Below, piece after piece: positions 20,028 to 30,370 of a DNA stretch of 64,000 nucleotides; within the stretch, counting starts at the first letter, position 1, and the number at the start of each line of letters is the position of its first letter. The translations under genes and the position numbers were made by a program. The stretch lies in the NCBI GenBank assembly GCA_964346755.1, contig CAYFWJ010000001.1, positions 12,046-76,045 of the forward strand. The letters are read 5' to 3'. The notes beneath the pieces were generated by a model. That model had not been told where the DNA came from. It searched no databases and was given only the letters and a program-made list of their open reading frames with translations. The stretch is from an uncultured Ectothiorhodospiraceae bacterium (lineage in GTDB: Bacteria; Pseudomonadota; Gammaproteobacteria; CAYFWJ01).

Positions 20028-21157
20028 CGGGTTCCTTCCGTCGTTGGGCTGGCCGCTCGGGTGGGGTGCCGCCCGGCGCGCAGACAATAACCCGCGACTT
20101 GGGTCGCGGCGTCGGGTTGAGCCAGCCCGAACGCCGCTTCGGCCAGCCGCTGGCAGTGGGATCGGGAAAGGCCTCGCAGTGCCTCGGCGAGACGGTCTGC
20201 CGTGAGTTCCGCGGCTGGAAGCGGAATCCCGCCGCCCGCCTCGAGCAGGGTTCGGGCATTGGCGGTCTGGTGATCGTCCACGGCATAGGGGTATGGGACG
20301 AGAATGGCCCCAAGGCCGATCGCGGTCAGCTCAGCGAGGGTCAGGGCACCAGCGCGGGCGATCGCCAGGTCGGCCCAGGCGTAGGCGGCTGGCATATCGT
20401 CCACGAATGCCTCGACGGTGGCCGCAAGGCCATGTTCGCGATAGCGTTCGCGCGTCCCCTCGGCCTTATCCCGTCCCGCGAGGTGCCAGACGGTGGGACG
20501 TTGCGCCCCGTCGACCCGGGCCAGGGCGGCCGGCACGACCTCATTGAAGGATTCGGCCCCTTGACTCCCCCCGACCACGAGCAGGCGCAGGGGACCCGTT
20601 CGCGCCTCGAAGCGAACCCGCGGTGGGGGGGGCTGGGTGAACCCGGGGCGCACGGGATTGCCCACAGTGACCGCGTTGCGTTGTGCTGGGAAGCTCTCGG
20701 GGAAGGCTTGGAGTACCCGGGTCGCGGGGCGGGCTAACCAGCGATTGGCCAACCCCGGCACGGCATTCTGTTCGTGCACGATCAGCGGGATCCGAACCAG
20801 CAGGGCCGCGATCGCCCCCGCAGCGGAGGCAAAGCCGCCCATCCCCAGTGCGGCCCGCGGACGGCGGCGAAGGAGAAGGAGCCCGGCGCTCGCCACCGCC
20901 CGGACCAGCCGAAACGGCCAAATCAGACGATCCCAACGGCCCTTGCGGCGATAGCCGCCGATCGCGAGGCCCTGGAATTCCAGGTCGTGGGCGGGGACAA
21001 CCCGTGCCTCGAGCCCCCGATCGGTCCCGATCCAGAAGACCGGTACGTGCTGGTTGCGGAGTGTCTCGGCAACCGCCAAGGCGGGGAACACGTGCCCGCC
21101 GGTTCCTCCCGCCAGGATCGCGACAGGGCGTTCGCGTGGTCCCCTGGGGCCCATCAT
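20024..21157 (-). CDS. murG: Undecaprenyldiphospho-muramoylpentapeptide beta-N-acetylglucosaminyltransferase
   Basis: [21 protein letters not shown] glycosyltransferase family 28 N-terminus; internal start MMGPRG overlaps the ftsW stop (ATGA). Confidence 0.85.
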   Translation of the reverse strand: MMGPRGPRERPVAILAGGTGGHVFPALAVAETLRNQHVPVFWIGTDRGLEARVVPAHDLEFQGLAIGGYRRKGRWDRLIWPFRLVRAVASAGLLLLRRRPRAALGMGGFASAAGAIAALLVRIPLIVHEQNAVPGLANRWLARPATRVLQAFPESFPAQRNAVTVGNPVRPGFTQPPPPRVRFEARTGPLRLLVVGGSQGAESFNEVVPAALARVDGAQRPTVWHLAGRDKAEGTRERYREHGLAATVEAFVDDMPAAYAWADLAIARAGALTLAELTAIGLGAILVPYPYAVDDHQTANARTLLEAGGGIPLPAAELTADRLAEALRGLSRSHCQRLAEAAFGLAQPDAATQVAGYCLRAGRHPTRAASPTTEGTR

Positions 21158-22317
21158 GGATTCCCCCGGGGGATGGCATCCCGGCAACGGTTCTCGTGGG
21201 CGATCCGAAACAAGAGTCCGAGTCCCAGGCACGTGATCACAAGGCTGCTGCCGCCATAGCTGACGAGCGGCAAGGTGAGCCCCTTGGTCGGCAACACGCC
21301 GAGGTTCACGGCGATGTTGATAAAGGCTTGGGTGCCGAGCAGCAGCCCGATCCCGTACGCGGTGTACGCCGCGAATAGGCGTTGTCGCTCGACGGCGATC
21401 CGACCCACTTGGAGGGCGCGAAGGAGTAACCCCCAATACAAGGTGATCAGCAGCAATGAACCGATCATCCCGGTTTCTTCCGCAAAGACGGCGAAGATGA
21501 AATCGGTATGGGCCTCCGGGAGATAGGCGAGCTTCATGACGCTACCGCCAATCCCCTGGCCAGTCACGCCGCCATTACCGATGGCGATCAGCGATTGAAC
21601 CAGCTGGTAGCTGCTGTCGTAGACGTGCGCCCACGGATCGAGAAACGCGAACCACCGCTCCACGCGATAGGGGGCCGAGACGATCAGCCCGGCCAATACC
21701 GCCATCGCGACGGCGCCCGTTGCGAGGACGGCCACTCGATTCAGACCCGCGAGGAAAAGTAAGATGAGTCCGACGGTCATCAAGATCACGGAGGTTCCCA
21801 AATCCGGCTCCAGCAAGAGCAGGCAACAGATCGCCAGCAAGATGATGAGCGGATTGATGGCCAACCGGGTCGAGCTTGGCAAGTATTCTTGATGACGGGC
21901 GAGATAGGCGGCTAGGAAAAGCACGACCAGCAGCTTGGCCGGCTCGGAGACCTGCAGGTGAAACAGCATCAGGTCGATCCAGCGGGTGCTACCGTTGATC
22001 TCCGTGCCGACGCCCGGAATCAGCACGATCGTGAGTAAGGCGAATGCGCCCCCGAGGAGCATTCGCGGCCGCTGTTGAAACTGCGTCAGGGGGATTCGAC
22101 TCACGAGCCAGAGGCCGATCAACCCCAGGATCAGATAGACCGCTTGGCGTTTCGCGTAATGGAGCGGATCGCCGAAGCGCTCTTCAGCGAGGGGGATGGA
22201 CGCGGACGTCACGGTAACGAGGCCAATGGCCATGAGCGAGACCACCAGCCCGGCCAGCCAGGGATCCCAGTAGAACGCGCGTGAGCGGCGTCCCCGGGTC
22301 AAGGTGGGTGTCATCAT
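21154..22317 (-). CDS. ftsW: Peptidoglycan glycosyltransferase / lipid II flippase candidate FtsW (SEDS family)
   Basis: About 10 TM helices in the SEDS family; internal start MMTPTLTRGRR overlaps the murD stop. Confidence 0.85.
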   Translation of the reverse strand: MMTPTLTRGRRSRAFYWDPWLAGLVVSLMAIGLVTVTSASIPLAEERFGDPLHYAKRQAVYLILGLIGLWLVSRIPLTQFQQRPRMLLGGAFALLTIVLIPGVGTEINGSTRWIDLMLFHLQVSEPAKLLVVLFLAAYLARHQEYLPSSTRLAINPLIILLAICCLLLLEPDLGTSVILMTVGLILLFLAGLNRVAVLATGAVAMAVLAGLIVSAPYRVERWFAFLDPWAHVYDSSYQLVQSLIAIGNGGVTGQGIGGSVMKLAYLPEAHTDFIFAVFAEETGMIGSLLLITLYWGLLLRALQVGRIAVERQRLFAAYTAYGIGLLLGTQAFINIAVNLGVLPTKGLTLPLVSYGGSSLVITCLGLGLLFRIAHENRCRDAIPRGNP

Positions 22318-23717
22318 GGCGTCACCTCCTCGACGCGGGCGGCGAACCGGCGGCCACGTTCTTGAAAATCCTGGAATTGATCGAAACTGGCGCAGGCGGG
22401 CGAGAACAACACGGTGTTTCCGGGGCGGGCTTGCCGAGCCGCCTCGGCGACGGCGTGATCCAAAGTGCCGCTCGATTCCACGGGACACATCGGTGTCAGC
22501 GCCTCGGCGAGGGCGGTTGCATCTCGGCCGATCAGGAAGGCGCGTCGGACCCGCCCGGCGGCCACGGCGGCGAGCGCGGTGAAATCATCATCCTTGGCGA
22601 CGCCCCCCGCGATCAAGAGGATCTCACCGGCCATACCGTTCAGGGCCGCGGCTGTCGCCGCCGCGTTCGTTCCTTTGGAGTCATTGATCCAGGTGATCCC
22701 GTGGGCCCGTTTGACGACCTGGCATCGATGGGCCAGGCCGGTGAATCCGCGGACGGCTGCGACCCCCTTGTCCTCGGGGATCTTCAGGGTTTCAGCCAAC
22801 GCCATGGCGGCCAGCACATTGCACGTATTATGACGGCCCGAGAGGGGCAAAGCCGATTCCGGTACGACACGGCGTGGGCCGTGGCTCAGCCACACCGTTG
22901 CTCCGTCCCGGTGCAGACCGAATGCCGTGGAATGGGCATCGGTGCCGAAACTGCCCAATTGTTGGTAGTGCGCCGCGTCAAAGTCCACGAGGGAAGCCGC
23001 ATCGGGGTCATCCCGATTGACGAGGGCCCAGCGGGTGTTCTGGTAAACACGGCTTTTGGCGGTGCGATATGCGCTCATCGTTCGGTGCCGGTCCAGATGA
23101 TCACGCCCGATGTTGAGGACCACGCTGGCGTGAGTTCGGAGTGACGTGATGGTTTCCAGTTGAAAGCTCGATAACTCCAGCACATAGAACCGTGGCGCCG
23201 AGCGTTCCAGGAGATCCAGGGCCGGGACCCCGATGTTGCCGCCGGTCTCGACGGGTACCTCGGCCGCCCTCGCCATCGCGGTCAGTAGCTGCGTGACGGT
23301 CGTTTTGCCATTGGAGCCGGTAATCCCGATGACCGGTCTTGCCACGCGGCGTGCGAAGAGTTCCACATCGCCGATCACCTCAGCGCCTCGGTTCGCCGCT
23401 TGCCGGATGGCCGGCTCAGCGGGATCCACGCCGGGACTCAGGATGATTTGCTGCGCCCCGTCGAGATCGCGTGTCGACCAGGCGCCGAATCGGTGCCGAA
23501 TGCCTCGATGGCGCTCCAAGAGATCGAGAGCACCGGGCGGGTCATTCCGGTCGTCCAGCCACATCGGGTCCTCACCGTTTCGCAGCAGGTGCTCGACGAC
23601 CGAGCGCCCGGTTACCCCGGCCCCAATGACGACGATACGATCCCCCACGGCAGTTCCTCTTCCCCCGTTGATGTGAGTCGTGGATTCCTGCGAGCTCCAT
23701 GCCACCCAATGGCCCAA
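22314..23717 (-). CDS. murD: UDP-N-acetylmuramoylalanine--D-glutamate ligase
   Basis: IVVIGAGVTG N-terminus and GSNGKTTV P-loop; the track ORF is probably N-extended by ~20 aa. Confidence 0.85.
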   Translation of the reverse strand: MGHWVAWSSQESTTHINGGRGTAVGDRIVVIGAGVTGRSVVEHLLRNGEDPMWLDDRNDPPGALDLLERHRGIRHRFGAWSTRDLDGAQQIILSPGVDPAEPAIRQAANRGAEVIGDVELFARRVARPVIGITGSNGKTTVTQLLTAMARAAEVPVETGGNIGVPALDLLERSAPRFYVLELSSFQLETITSLRTHASVVLNIGRDHLDRHRTMSAYRTAKSRVYQNTRWALVNRDDPDAASLVDFDAAHYQQLGSFGTDAHSTAFGLHRDGATVWLSHGPRRVVPESALPLSGRHNTCNVLAAMALAETLKIPEDKGVAAVRGFTGLAHRCQVVKRAHGITWINDSKGTNAAATAAALNGMAGEILLIAGGVAKDDDFTALAAVAAGRVRRAFLIGRDATALAEALTPMCPVESSGTLDHAVAEAARQARPGNTVLFSPACASFDQFQDFQERGRRFAARVEEVTP

Positions 23718-23788
23718 ACCCGTTGCGTATTGTTGTCGGTCCCGAGAGCGCCGGGATGTGCCCGGTCAATAGGGCCGCGGCCGAATAC

Positions 23789-24871
23789 CTAGCGAATCTT
23801 GAGCGCACTCAGGCCGATCAGAACCAGGATGAAACTCACGATCCACAAGCGCACGATCACCCGGGGCTCGGGCCACCCCTTGAGCTCGAAGTGGTGGTGA
23901 ATTGGCGCCATCCGGAATACCCGCCGGCCGGTTAATCGAAACGAGAGGACTTGGACCATCACGGACACCGTCTCCAGCACAAAAAGCCCGCCCATAATGA
24001 CGAGGACGAGCTCCTGGCGAACCATGATGGCCAGCACGCCCAGGGCGGCACCAAGCGACAAGGCACCCACATCACCCATGAAGACTTGGGCCGGATAGGT
24101 GTTGAACCAGAGAAAACCCAACCCGGAACCGATGATTGCCCCACAGAACACGGCCAGCTCACCGCTACCGGGCAGGGATGGAATCATCAAATACTCGGCG
24201 AAATTGATGTTGCCGCTGGCATAGGCAAAAACACCCAAGCCACCCGCTACCATCACGGTTGGGAGTATGGCCAATCCATCGAGGCCATCCGTCAGGTTGA
24301 CGGCGTTGCTCGACCCGACAATGACCAACATGGCCCATGCCAGAAAGCCGACCCCGAGGGGGATGGCCACATCCTTGACGAAGGGAACGATCAGGGTGGT
24401 TTCGATCGCCTGGCTCGCGGTCAGGAACAAGGCCGTCGAGGCGGTGAGCGCCACGGCGATCTGCGCGATCAATTTCTGGTAGCCGGGCAACCCGCGACTG
24501 TTTCCGAGCACGAGTTTGCGATAATCATCGATCCCCCCGATGCATCCAAAACCGAGGGTCGTCAACAAGGCGATCCAGACGTATCGGTTGGTCAGATCCG
24601 CCCAAAGCAAGGTTGTCCCCGTAATCGCGACGAGGATCAGCACGCCCCCCATCGTCGGGGTGCCGGCCTTTCCGTAGTGACTCCGAGGGCCCGACTCCCG
24701 AATGTACTGTCCCACCTTGTAGCGGGTCAGCCGCTCGATCATCCACGGCCCAACGGCGAGGGCGATCGTCAAGGCGGTCACCACGCTCAAGATGACCCGC
24801 AGGGTGATGTACTGAAAGACGTTGAAACCGCTGTAGGCGTCGATCAGCTGCTCGATTAAGAACAGGAGCAT
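23789..24871 (-). CDS. mraY: Phospho-N-acetylmuramoyl-pentapeptide transferase
   Basis: 360 aa polytopic membrane protein with MraY motifs ([13 protein letters not shown], the HHHFEL-type His motif). Confidence 0.95.
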   Translation of the reverse strand: MLLFLIEQLIDAYSGFNVFQYITLRVILSVVTALTIALAVGPWMIERLTRYKVGQYIRESGPRSHYGKAGTPTMGGVLILVAITGTTLLWADLTNRYVWIALLTTLGFGCIGGIDDYRKLVLGNSRGLPGYQKLIAQIAVALTASTALFLTASQAIETTLIVPFVKDVAIPLGVGFLAWAMLVIVGSSNAVNLTDGLDGLAILPTVMVAGGLGVFAYASGNINFAEYLMIPSLPGSGELAVFCGAIIGSGLGFLWFNTYPAQVFMGDVGALSLGAALGVLAIMVRQELVLVIMGGLFVLETVSVMVQVLSFRLTGRRVFRMAPIHHHFELKGWPEPRVIVRLWIVSFILVLIGLSALKIR

Positions 24872-25019
24872 GAGTCCCCCGAAGGTCGCGGATCGAGCGA
24901 GGTGGCGACGCCGGTCCGCGACGCTCGACAGGACAGGGGAATCACACGTGTGTCCTCCTGTCCCGGTGCCGGGGTTCCCGCCGGTTCGCTCGCCGACGCG
25001 GCTAATGGCTCAGATCCGA

Positions 25020-26591
25020 TCACAGGGCATGCTCCATCCCTCCGGCCCAGGCGCGTACGAGGGCTCGGTCGTCACAGGGAACGGTGGTGTTGCCGCGAAT
25101 CTGGACTGCCTCATGGCCCTTGCCCGCAATGACGACACAATCCTCAGGTCTTGCCCAGGCGAGGGCTGAGGTAATGGCAGCATGACGTTCCGGGCAGATG
25201 GTCAGCGTGTCTTCGCTCGGCAATCCGTTGCGGATATCCCCGATGATGCGCTCGCTCGGCTCCGTTCGCGGATTGTCGTCCGTCAGGATGAGCCGGTCGC
25301 TGTGATGGTAGGCAACGCGGCCCATGAGGGGACGTTTCCCGGGATCCCGGTCGCCGCCGCAGCCGAAGACGCAGCTGAGGCGCCCGGTACAGTGGGCACG
25401 CGCGGCGCGCAAACAATGATCGAGGGCATCCGGGGTATGGGCGTAATCGACGATCACCAAGGCCCCGTTGGGCAGGCGGAAGGGCTCCATGCGGCCTGGC
25501 ACCGGTGTGAGACGGGACGCCGCTTGGCGCAGCTCGCTTAGTTCCCAACCCCAGCCCAGCAACACCGTCAAGGCCGCGAGGAGGTTTTCGCCCTGAAATG
25601 GCCCGATTAGCCCGGGGATCTCAAGGAGGGTTTCCTTTCCCTGGTGACGTAGCGTCATCTGTAATCCGCCCCCGGGCCGAGCCAGTACCTCCCCGGAGAC
25701 GCCCCGTTTATAGGCGACGTCGGGCTGTGCAGGGCTGAGCCAAAAGGCCACGTCCTGGATGTTGGCCGGCAGTTCGTTCCACAATCGCCGTCCGAAAGGG
25801 TCCCCGAGGTTGATACACGCCCGGCGTAGGCCGGGCGTGTGGAATAGTTTGGCCTTGGCTCGGTAGTAAGCCTCCAGGGAGCCGTGATAATCCAGGTGTT
25901 CGCGGGAGAGGTTCGTGAAGACCGCCGTATCAAAGCGGACCCCGGCGACTCGCTCCTGGGCGAGGGCGTGGGAGGAGACCTCCATGGCGACCCGCGTTTG
26001 ACGGGCCACGCGAAACGCGGCGAGCCAACGATGCAGCTGCGGCGCATCCGGTGTGGTGTGCGCGCCAGGAACGAGGTCACCCGCGGTGCCATAGCCTAGG
26101 GTCCCGATTAAACCGGCCGGTACGTCGCCGAGGCTCGCCATCTGGGCGAGGAAATAGCTCGTCGAGGTCTTGCCATTGGTGCCAGTAATCCCCGCGATCT
26201 GGAGATCGTGGGAGGGGGATCCGAACAGTCGATCCGCGAGTACCCCGCTTCGCTGACCGAGGCGGGGAACGCGGTGCAGAACAGCCCCCATTCGGCTTGC
26301 GGTCTCGGCCACGTTGGCCAGCGTCGCCTCGGGGGCGGGGGGTTCCCAGAGGATGGCAATGGCACCCCGCGCGAGGGCGTCCCGGGCATATTCCAGCCCG
26401 TGTACTCGCGCCCCGGTGCAGGCCAAAAACGCCCAGCCCGGTTGAATCGCCCGACTGTCCGAATCCAGACCGCGGAGGACGGGATCCGGGCCGTCGGCCG
26501 AGACGTCGGCTGCCAGTAGATCACCAAGGGTCAGGGTCGGGATTGCCGTGTCCAGGCGCTCAAGATTTGGGGTGTGTTGGGGTTCAACCAT
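25020..26591 (-). CDS. murE: UDP-N-acetylmuramoyl-L-alanyl-D-glutamate--2,6-diaminopimelate ligase
   Basis: GITGTNGKTST P-loop and DAP-specific DNPR motif (ILTDDNPRTEPSE); internal start MVEPQH. Confidence 0.9.
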   Translation of the reverse strand: MVEPQHTPNLERLDTAIPTLTLGDLLAADVSADGPDPVLRGLDSDSRAIQPGWAFLACTGARVHGLEYARDALARGAIAILWEPPAPEATLANVAETASRMGAVLHRVPRLGQRSGVLADRLFGSPSHDLQIAGITGTNGKTSTSYFLAQMASLGDVPAGLIGTLGYGTAGDLVPGAHTTPDAPQLHRWLAAFRVARQTRVAMEVSSHALAQERVAGVRFDTAVFTNLSREHLDYHGSLEAYYRAKAKLFHTPGLRRACINLGDPFGRRLWNELPANIQDVAFWLSPAQPDVAYKRGVSGEVLARPGGGLQMTLRHQGKETLLEIPGLIGPFQGENLLAALTVLLGWGWELSELRQAASRLTPVPGRMEPFRLPNGALVIVDYAHTPDALDHCLRAARAHCTGRLSCVFGCGGDRDPGKRPLMGRVAYHHSDRLILTDDNPRTEPSERIIGDIRNGLPSEDTLTICPERHAAITSALAWARPEDCVVIAGKGHEAVQIRGNTTVPCDDRALVRAWAGGMEHAL

Positions 26592-28377
26592 CCGATGGCC
26601 CCTCCGTGGTCGGCCTCGCAGCGATGAACTCCTCCTTTCGTTCACCCGAGGCATCGGGTGGAACGGCCAGGAAGCGCAATGCCCCCCTCATCACCTTTTG
26701 GAAAACCGGGGCTGCGACTTGGCCCCCATAATATTGCTCACGACTCGGTTCGTGGATCGCGACGACAACCACCAACCGCGGTTGACTGACGGGGGCGAAG
26801 CCGGCGAATAAGGCCAGGTAGCGTCCCCTTTCGTAGCCGCTCGCCCCGACCTTGTGGACGGTCCCGGTTTTACCGGCCACTCGATAGCCGGGTATTTGGG
26901 CCGCATCACCGGTCCCCTCCGGTCCGACGACCGATTCCAGCATCCGATTCACGTGACGCACGTTGTCGGCGTTGAACGCCCGGCGACCCTCGGGCCGTTG
27001 CTCACGTGTCAGGAAAGTCGGCGCGCGCGCGATGCCCCGCGTCGCAAAAACGCTGTAGGCGTGTGCCAATTGTAGGCCGGTGGTCGACATCCCATAGCCG
27101 AAGGCCATGGTCGCCTGTTCGAGACGTCGCCAACGCTCGGGGGCCCGCAGGACCCCTGAGGCCTCGCCCGGAAATCCCGTCAGTGTCGTTTGTCCGATCC
27201 CGGCTCGGTGATAGATCGACCACAGGGCGTCGGGCTCGAGCTGCATCGCGATCTTCGTGACCCCGACGTTGCTGGACTTGCGGATGACGCCGGCGACGTC
27301 CAGTTGACCGTAATCGTGGACATCCTGGATCCGGTGCCCCGCCACTCGCCACGTCCCTGGACTCGTCGCAATGGGCGTATCCGGGTGGAAACGACCGGAT
27401 TCCAGCGCCGCGAGGATCGTGAGGGGTTTGATGGTCGACCCCGGCTCGAAGACATCGGTTACGGCGCGATTGCGGTAGCCTGGTCCCCCATACGTCGATC
27501 GATCGTTGGGGTTGAAGGTCGGCCAATTGGTCATGGCCAAGATCTCCCCGGATCGGGCGTCCATCGCAACGACACTTCCCCCCTTGGCATCGTGCTGATC
27601 GACCGCTTTCTTCAGGGAGCGGAAAGCCAAGTATTGGATGCGTCGATCCAATCCGAGTCGCAGATCCCGCCCGGGCGACGGCGGTTCGATGACAGTCGAA
27701 TCGTCGATGACTCGCCCGCGGCGATCCCGAAGGATGCGCCGTGTCCCCGGTTCCCCGCGCAGATGCTGCTCGAAGGCCAGCTCCAATCCCTCTTGGCCCA
27801 CGTCATCGATGTTGGTGACGCCCACGACCGGGCCGATCGCCTCGCCACTCGGATAGAAGCGCCGGTACTCCCGTTGGGTATGGATGCCGGGGAGGTCGAG
27901 TGCGAGGATTGTCTCGGCGAGCTCCGGGCGAACCCGTCGCTTCAGGTAGACGAACGCCCGGTCGGATTGCTGGCGGGCCTTGGCGCGGATGCGAGCCACG
28001 GGGGTGTCGAGACACTCAGCGAGTCGTGCCACCCGTTCATCGTCCATCGGCAAGCGGCGCGGGTCCATCCAGATGGAGGGCATGGGTGTGCTCAAAGCGA
28101 GCGGCACGCCGTGACGATCGGTGATTTGGCCGCGATGGGCCGGTACGGGGACCACGCGGGCATAGCGGGCCTCGCCGCGGGCTTGCATCACGTCGCTTTG
28201 ACGTCCCTGGAGATCGAGGACCCGAACGCCGAGGATCATCGGCACCATGGCTAACACAACCACGAGCAGGCGGCGGCGTTGCGCGTGGATCTGGCTTGGT
28301 TTCGGGGCTTCCCGTTCGTCCTTCGGGGTCGAGCCCGTGGATCGACGCGACTTGAGATCGGTTGCGCGCGGGGTCAT
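26584..28377 (-). CDS. ftsI: Peptidoglycan D,D-transpeptidase FtsI (PBP3)
   Basis: N-terminal TM LLVVVLAMVPMILGV, transpeptidase motifs STIKP, SSN, KTGT; internal start MTPRATDL overlaps the ftsL stop. Confidence 0.88.
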   Translation of the reverse strand: MTPRATDLKSRRSTGSTPKDEREAPKPSQIHAQRRRLLVVVLAMVPMILGVRVLDLQGRQSDVMQARGEARYARVVPVPAHRGQITDRHGVPLALSTPMPSIWMDPRRLPMDDERVARLAECLDTPVARIRAKARQQSDRAFVYLKRRVRPELAETILALDLPGIHTQREYRRFYPSGEAIGPVVGVTNIDDVGQEGLELAFEQHLRGEPGTRRILRDRRGRVIDDSTVIEPPSPGRDLRLGLDRRIQYLAFRSLKKAVDQHDAKGGSVVAMDARSGEILAMTNWPTFNPNDRSTYGGPGYRNRAVTDVFEPGSTIKPLTILAALESGRFHPDTPIATSPGTWRVAGHRIQDVHDYGQLDVAGVIRKSSNVGVTKIAMQLEPDALWSIYHRAGIGQTTLTGFPGEASGVLRAPERWRRLEQATMAFGYGMSTTGLQLAHAYSVFATRGIARAPTFLTREQRPEGRRAFNADNVRHVNRMLESVVGPEGTGDAAQIPGYRVAGKTGTVHKVGASGYERGRYLALFAGFAPVSQPRLVVVVAIHEPSREQYYGGQVAAPVFQKVMRGALRFLAVPPDASGERKEEFIAARPTTEGPSDG

Positions 28378-28661
28378 GGGGGGGTCACTCGGAGAATGGT
28401 TGTGTCGCCGGGCATCACCATATTCAGGTGTTGACGGGCGAGGGGTTCGATCCGGGTGTGCGCCGAGAGGCTTGCCTGTTCGAGTTGTAGGCGGCCCCAC
28501 TGGTAGCGCAGTTCGTCTCGATCGCTGCGGAGGGCTTCCAACTCGGCTGCAAGCATACGGTTTTCGTGTCGGATCCAAGCGACCCCCACACCCGAGGCCG
28601 CGACGAAGACGATCAGGACGACGATGAGGCCTCGCGCGAGATTGGGACCGATGAGGCTCAC
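28374..28661 (-). CDS. ftsL: Cell division protein FtsL
   Basis: 95 aa bitopic protein (LIVVLIVFVAASGVGVAWI) with leucine-zipper-like periplasmic segment; position between rsmH and ftsI. Confidence 0.75.
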   Translation of the reverse strand: MSLIGPNLARGLIVVLIVFVAASGVGVAWIRHENRMLAAELEALRSDRDELRYQWGRLQLEQASLSAHTRIEPLARQHLNMVMPGDTTILRVTPP

Positions 28662-29623
28662 GAGCGCGCCTCCGCATAACGCAGTCGGGCGCTGCGGGCT
28701 CGCGGGTTGCGGGCCGATTCGTCCGATGTTGGGGTGATTGGTTTGCCTACCATGCGCAACGGGCCTTGGAGGTGGTCTGCGCTAACAGGTATTTCCGCTG
28801 GTATATCAATATTTTGAGAATTATTCCTCAGAAATCGCTTCACTATTCGATCCTCGAGCGAATGGAAGCTGATAACGGCGATTCTAGCGCTTGGGGAAAG
28901 ATTCTCAAGTATAAATTGAAGTCCTAACTCTAGTTCACTCAATTCACCGTTTATCTGAATCCGAAGGGCTTGGAAGACCCGGGTGGCTGGATGCTTACCC
29001 GCCTCCCAAAAGCGTCTCGGTACCGCTTGGGCGACCCGGTCGGCCAATTGGCGCGTTGTTTGGATCGGTGCCTCAGCGCGATCCCTGATCAGTCGTCGCG
29101 CGATGCGGCGGGCGAATCGTTCCTCTCCGTACCGCTTGAACACGTCGATCAGCTCGGCTTCCTCGGCGGTTGCCAGCCAATCCGCCGCACTGGGTCCGTG
29201 TTCGGGATCCATGCGCATGTCCAGCGGCCCATCGGACTGAAAACTGAACCCACGCCGGGGGGCGTCTAACTGGGGGGATGAGACACCCAGGTCCATGAGG
29301 GCCCCGTCGATACCTGCGCTTGGTAAGACGCCGGAAAGCGCGGACTGGAGCCTAGAGAAAGGCGCCCGGACCAGGTGTAGGCGAGGCTCCTGGGCGAATA
29401 CCCGCTGCCCCCAGGCGATTGCCTCCGGATCGCGATCAACGGCGATGAGTTGTCCGGCGGGTCCAAGGGCCTCGAGTATGCGGGCTGCATGGCCCCCGCG
29501 ACCGAATGTGGCATCGAGGTAACAACCCGAAGGTCGGATCGCGAGCGCGGCGAGCGCCTCATCCAGTAGCACGGGCGCGTGGCCCGAGGCCTTGTCGGGG
29601 GAGTCGACCGCAGCATCGCTCAT
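28658..29623 (-). CDS. rsmH: 16S rRNA (cytosine1402-N4)-methyltransferase
   Basis: MraW family motifs (HAPVLLDEAL, DATFGRGGH, DLGVSSPQLD). Confidence 0.9.
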   Translation of the reverse strand: MSDAAVDSPDKASGHAPVLLDEALAALAIRPSGCYLDATFGRGGHAARILEALGPAGQLIAVDRDPEAIAWGQRVFAQEPRLHLVRAPFSRLQSALSGVLPSAGIDGALMDLGVSSPQLDAPRRGFSFQSDGPLDMRMDPEHGPSAADWLATAEEAELIDVFKRYGEERFARRIARRLIRDRAEAPIQTTRQLADRVAQAVPRRFWEAGKHPATRVFQALRIQINGELSELELGLQFILENLSPSARIAVISFHSLEDRIVKRFLRNNSQNIDIPAEIPVSADHLQGPLRMVGKPITPTSDESARNPRARSARLRYAEARS

Positions 29624-29663
29624 GAGCGGGGAACCCCCTCGGCATCCACTCGGCCGGGCTGAC

Positions 29664-30119
29664 TCATAGGGAGAGGTCGCCCAGATCGGTTGGCCATTCG
29701 CTATCGCCCATCCCGGTTTCCAGCCACTCCTCTTTCTTTTGGCGCCACGTCTCGGCGTCCCACAACTCGAAGCGCCTCACCTGACCGATCAATGCCACTT
29801 GTTTGACGATGCCAGCGTGTCTACGGAGCTCATCCGGGAGGAGGATGCGTCCGCTCGCGTCGAGCTCGACCTCGGCGGCATGTCCGATGATCAACCGCTG
29901 TAACCGACGGACCGTCGGATTGAAGTTCGGTAGGTTAATAAGCTGCTGTTCGATCGCTTCCCATTCCGGCATGGGATAGAGAAGCAAGCACGGGGTTTCC
30001 ACGTCGATCGTCGCGACTAGGTTCCCTTGACAAAGGTTGTGCAAGGGGTCCCGGTACCGGCTCGGGATGGTCATGCGGGCCTTGGTATCCAAGGCCAGGT
30101 AACTGATGCCACGGAACAA
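29664..30119 (-). CDS. mraZ: Transcriptional regulator MraZ
   Basis: 151 aa; duplicated MraZ/SpoVT-AbrB domains (MFRGISYLALDTKARMTIP...; ...LDASGRILLPDELR). Confidence 0.9.
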   Translation of the reverse strand: MFRGISYLALDTKARMTIPSRYRDPLHNLCQGNLVATIDVETPCLLLYPMPEWEAIEQQLINLPNFNPTVRRLQRLIIGHAAEVELDASGRILLPDELRRHAGIVKQVALIGQVRRFELWDAETWRQKKEEWLETGMGDSEWPTDLGDLSL

Positions 30120-30120
30120 G

Positions 30121-30370
30121 GCCCCACCCGCCCTGCCAGCTGACCCACTTTAACCCACCTAACGTACCCTACTGGACCCTGAACGGGGTGTCAACCGAAC
30201 ATCGAAAAAATTTACTAATAAAAAACAAATAGTTATACAGCAAATAGCAAGCCGTTTATGAATTTTCGCTCGCCGGGCAATATTGACTATTCACCCGGTA
30301 ATTACACATATAATTTAAAGTAAGTTATTAACTGTAAAAAATAACAATCTATAAATAATGAATTTTTTTG
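30121..30370 (-). promoter_or_regulatory. Pmra promoter region: about 190 bp strongly AT-rich island plus 10-bp-phased GTGGG/AGGGT direct repeats (MraZ-box-like) just upstream of mraZ
   Basis: Region 30183-30370 is about 25% GC in a ~66% GC context. In mraZ sense, GTGGGT-N4-GTGGGT then AGGGT-N5-AGGGT at ~30143-30180 with 10-nt phasing, resembling the MraZ operator consensus of repeated TGGGN. Confidence 0.4.
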
